Of a stretch of 64,000 nt of DNA, positions 61,901 through 64,000 are shown in pieces. The first letter of the stretch is position 1, and every line of letters starts with the position of its first letter. Where the stretch lies: contig JBHGNT010000008.1 of NCBI GenBank assembly GCA_043228905.1, forward strand, positions 21,328,001 through 21,392,000, in the 5' to 3' direction. The stretch is from Azolla caroliniana. Lineage: Eukaryota > Plantae > Polypodiophyta. The position numbers were made by a program, and so were the translations under genes. Below the pieces are notes generated by a model. It saw nothing but the letters and a program-made list of their open reading frames with translations, searched no databases and was not told the DNA's origin.

Positions 61901-63555
61901 GGACCCGGCGACACGGAAGACACGAGGAGAGTCCGGAAGGGACTCAAACAAAAGGCACCCGACTTTCGGCAAGCATAGAAACGGAGTCCGGTCCTATGGG
62001 ACCCTCACACCGATCCGGAGACCCCGGCTGTTCGGCCAACGTGGCAACGTAAGACCGAGGGAGAAGGACGGTGGCGGTAGGGAACAGGACCCGACGACAC
62101 GAGGTTTCGGAAGGGCTAAGCGGGCTACTACGGGGTGTTCCTCGGATGCAAAGGACACCGGTATGCGGGTGAACGACGATGCACGATCTGGCCAAAAAGG
62201 GGGCCGACAAGACGTGCAGTAAACCGGAGTGCGACACAGGCGGTGCCAAACAACGGGCGAGGGTACATGGCACACGGAGGTGCCGGAGCGGAAAGGCGAG
62301 CGCGGAGATAGGTTGCGCGGTTCGGAGGTATCGCGGAGAAGACCGGAAAGGGATCCCCACACCGTTCCGGAGACCATGGCGGTTCGAGCCAACGCGGCGA
62401 TGTAAGACCATGGAGAAGGAAGGTGGCAGCGAGAGGACGAGGGCAACACGAAACGACATGGGACAGCAATCAGGACGACACTGATGATCAACGAAGGCCA
62501 AGAAGGCCGCTATGAGCGTTCCTCAAATGGAGGACATCGGGCATACGGCGGGAAGCGAGGTGTTCATACGGCCAAACAAGGGCCAACGGAAGTACGCGTA
62601 CTACGGAGATCGCGGTAGAGGACCCATCGACGGGTCGGACGAGCCTAGGGGAGGTAAGCGCGAAGGAAGAATCGAAGCCGACGGATCAAACCGGCAACAA
62701 GCCGGGATGCGGATCACGGAAGACCGGTTTCTCGCCGGCCGAAATCTCTCACCCTTCATCCAGATTTGGCACGTACCGGTGGACGTGCAGTTAGGTGGGG
62801 GCGGATGTCGTGAAGAATTTCAGCCAGAGGCGGAAACCGGGAAACATTGGCTACATCGGCGGGGTGCAGCGTGTGTACGCACCCGTGTACATTTAGTGTG
62901 AATATCGAGGGCGCCTTTATGGCGCCGAAGAGTAGTCAAGTCGGGACAGTCGATCCCATGTAAGTCAGGATATGTCCCACATTGTAACGCATCCCTTTCT
63001 TTGTTCTATAAAAGGAAGGGAACGCCCTTTGTGTAAGGGTTGCCCATTTTGCATTAGAGGGTATACCGTTAGGTTTAGAGTTAGGTTCTTCTTCTTCTTC
63101 TCCTTCTTCGTGTTTTGCTTAGGGTTTGCTTTGGTTCGGCCTCCTGTGCAAGACCCCGCTCGGCGTGACGAGCTGAGAGCTCCCCGACGGCGGCTTGACA
63201 GCAGACGACTACTGTAACCTACCTCAGTCCGGCTCGACGCCGGGAATGTATTCTTCCCTTTATATGTATATATATATACGTTTGTTTGTGTATATTCGCG
63301 TCGTTCTTGGCGTCGGGTGCCTACCCTTTCCTGCGTTTTCTGTACATAAGGCGTGAGTCGGGTTGGGCTGTGTGTGTGTGTGTGTGCGTGAGTCGGTGTT
63401 AAACACGCTCTCTCTCTCTCTCCCTTCGGTTGCTTCCGGTGTGCTTCTGGGATGCCCCGGAAACGGTGAAGTGCGACTTCCTACGCTCCGTCGCTCCCTA
63501 GTCCAAGACCCCCGTGGTCCTGCCTTTCCCCACGCACGCGCGTAACAACGCGACA
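58922..63555 (+). mobile_element. Non-autonomous gag-only LTR element D (Trp PBS)
   Basis: 750-bp near-identical LTRs (58922-59671, 62806-63555). 4-bp TSD acgt. PBS at 59676. Pre-LTR motif ttggcacgtaccggtggacgtgcag..gggggcgga. No pol motifs. Confidence 0.95.
59709..61499 (+). pseudogene. gag-like ORF of D (one early stop at 59820) with low-complexity tail
   Basis: SRFNGDKV..YLEAY, FDQWVAS, VGADKVLLFV, GLTEDWSKV. Confidence 0.8.
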
Positions 63556-64000
63556 ACGTATCCTCGTCGTATTTTCACGACAACGGTCCGGTAGTCGGAG
63601 GCCGAACAGAAACGATCATAAAACAGTGAAGAGATCGAATAGCAGCGGCCGAACCGGCCGAAATCCAGCATGTGGCCGGAAAGACACGGCCAAACCAAGA
63701 GACAGTCGGTCAGACAACCGCCCAAACAGGGTTGGCTGCCAAACTGCATGGGCCGAATCGACGTCCAACAACCGACGGAGAGACGGCAACAGCCCCGAAC
63801 AAAGTCGGCCCCTGGACAGCGGTAACCGATCGGACAGACATAAGGGGAAGGGGGAAAGAGGAAAGAGGAGAATGAGGAAGGCACACAAGAAACACAAAAA
63901 GAAAGAATGGCATTGACGAAACGAAGAAAACAAAGTGAAGAAAGAATGATGAAGAAAATTAAGGAAGTTTGTCATGGATGGTCCCTTGTCAACAAACAGA

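Larger units (their letters stand above)
58300..63582 (+). mobile_element. Partial LTR E (same family as solo LTR C), interrupted by element D
   Basis: 58868-58921 plus 63560-63582 is the reverse complement of ~50208-50285. 58320-58510 matches the reverse complement of 56930-57165 plus 50660-50678. The left boundary is approximate. Confidence 0.75.

Noticed and set aside
60790-62440. CRISPR array
   Set aside because: The repeats are long, degenerate and irregularly spaced, the context is a eukaryotic TE, and there are no cas genes.
50204-63586. Single large-TIR (Mutator/foldback) DNA transposon
   Set aside because: The left arm has its own second terminus with a matching ccgt TSD at 57863; there is no outer TSD or transposase; the ends are TG..CA-like.
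63587-64000. Possible UTR/LTR of another element
   Set aside because: Cut by the window edge, with no diagnostic terminus or motif.

Overview
Plant-type, TE-dense heterochromatin-like window (most likely a non-seed plant; inference from the TE lineages) with no intact host gene. In order: a degenerate 3' fragment of a group-D (TDY) MAP-kinase gene (880-1298, -); a TG/TA low-complexity tract (~1610-10270) interrupted by a 5'-truncated LINE (~5411-9258, -); an old decayed Ty3/gypsy element (-, ~10345-37430) hosting an intact Copia (11201-16556), a tRNA-Trp-primed Ty3/gypsy (A, 19020-31348, itself carrying Copia #3) and Copia #4; a decayed coiled-coil + RING-like ORF split by a gag-only non-autonomous LTR element (B, 39712-49806) that carries a second intact Copia (42470-47814); a solo LTR (C) carrying Copia #5; and a second gag-only element (D, 58922-63555) inside a partial LTR (E). 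The most notable signals are the gag-only Trp-primed family with an internal array of ~80-bp motifs, its 4-bp CG-centred target sites, and a conserved long C-terminal extension on one Copia family. Coordinates and counts were read by eye and no database searches were run.
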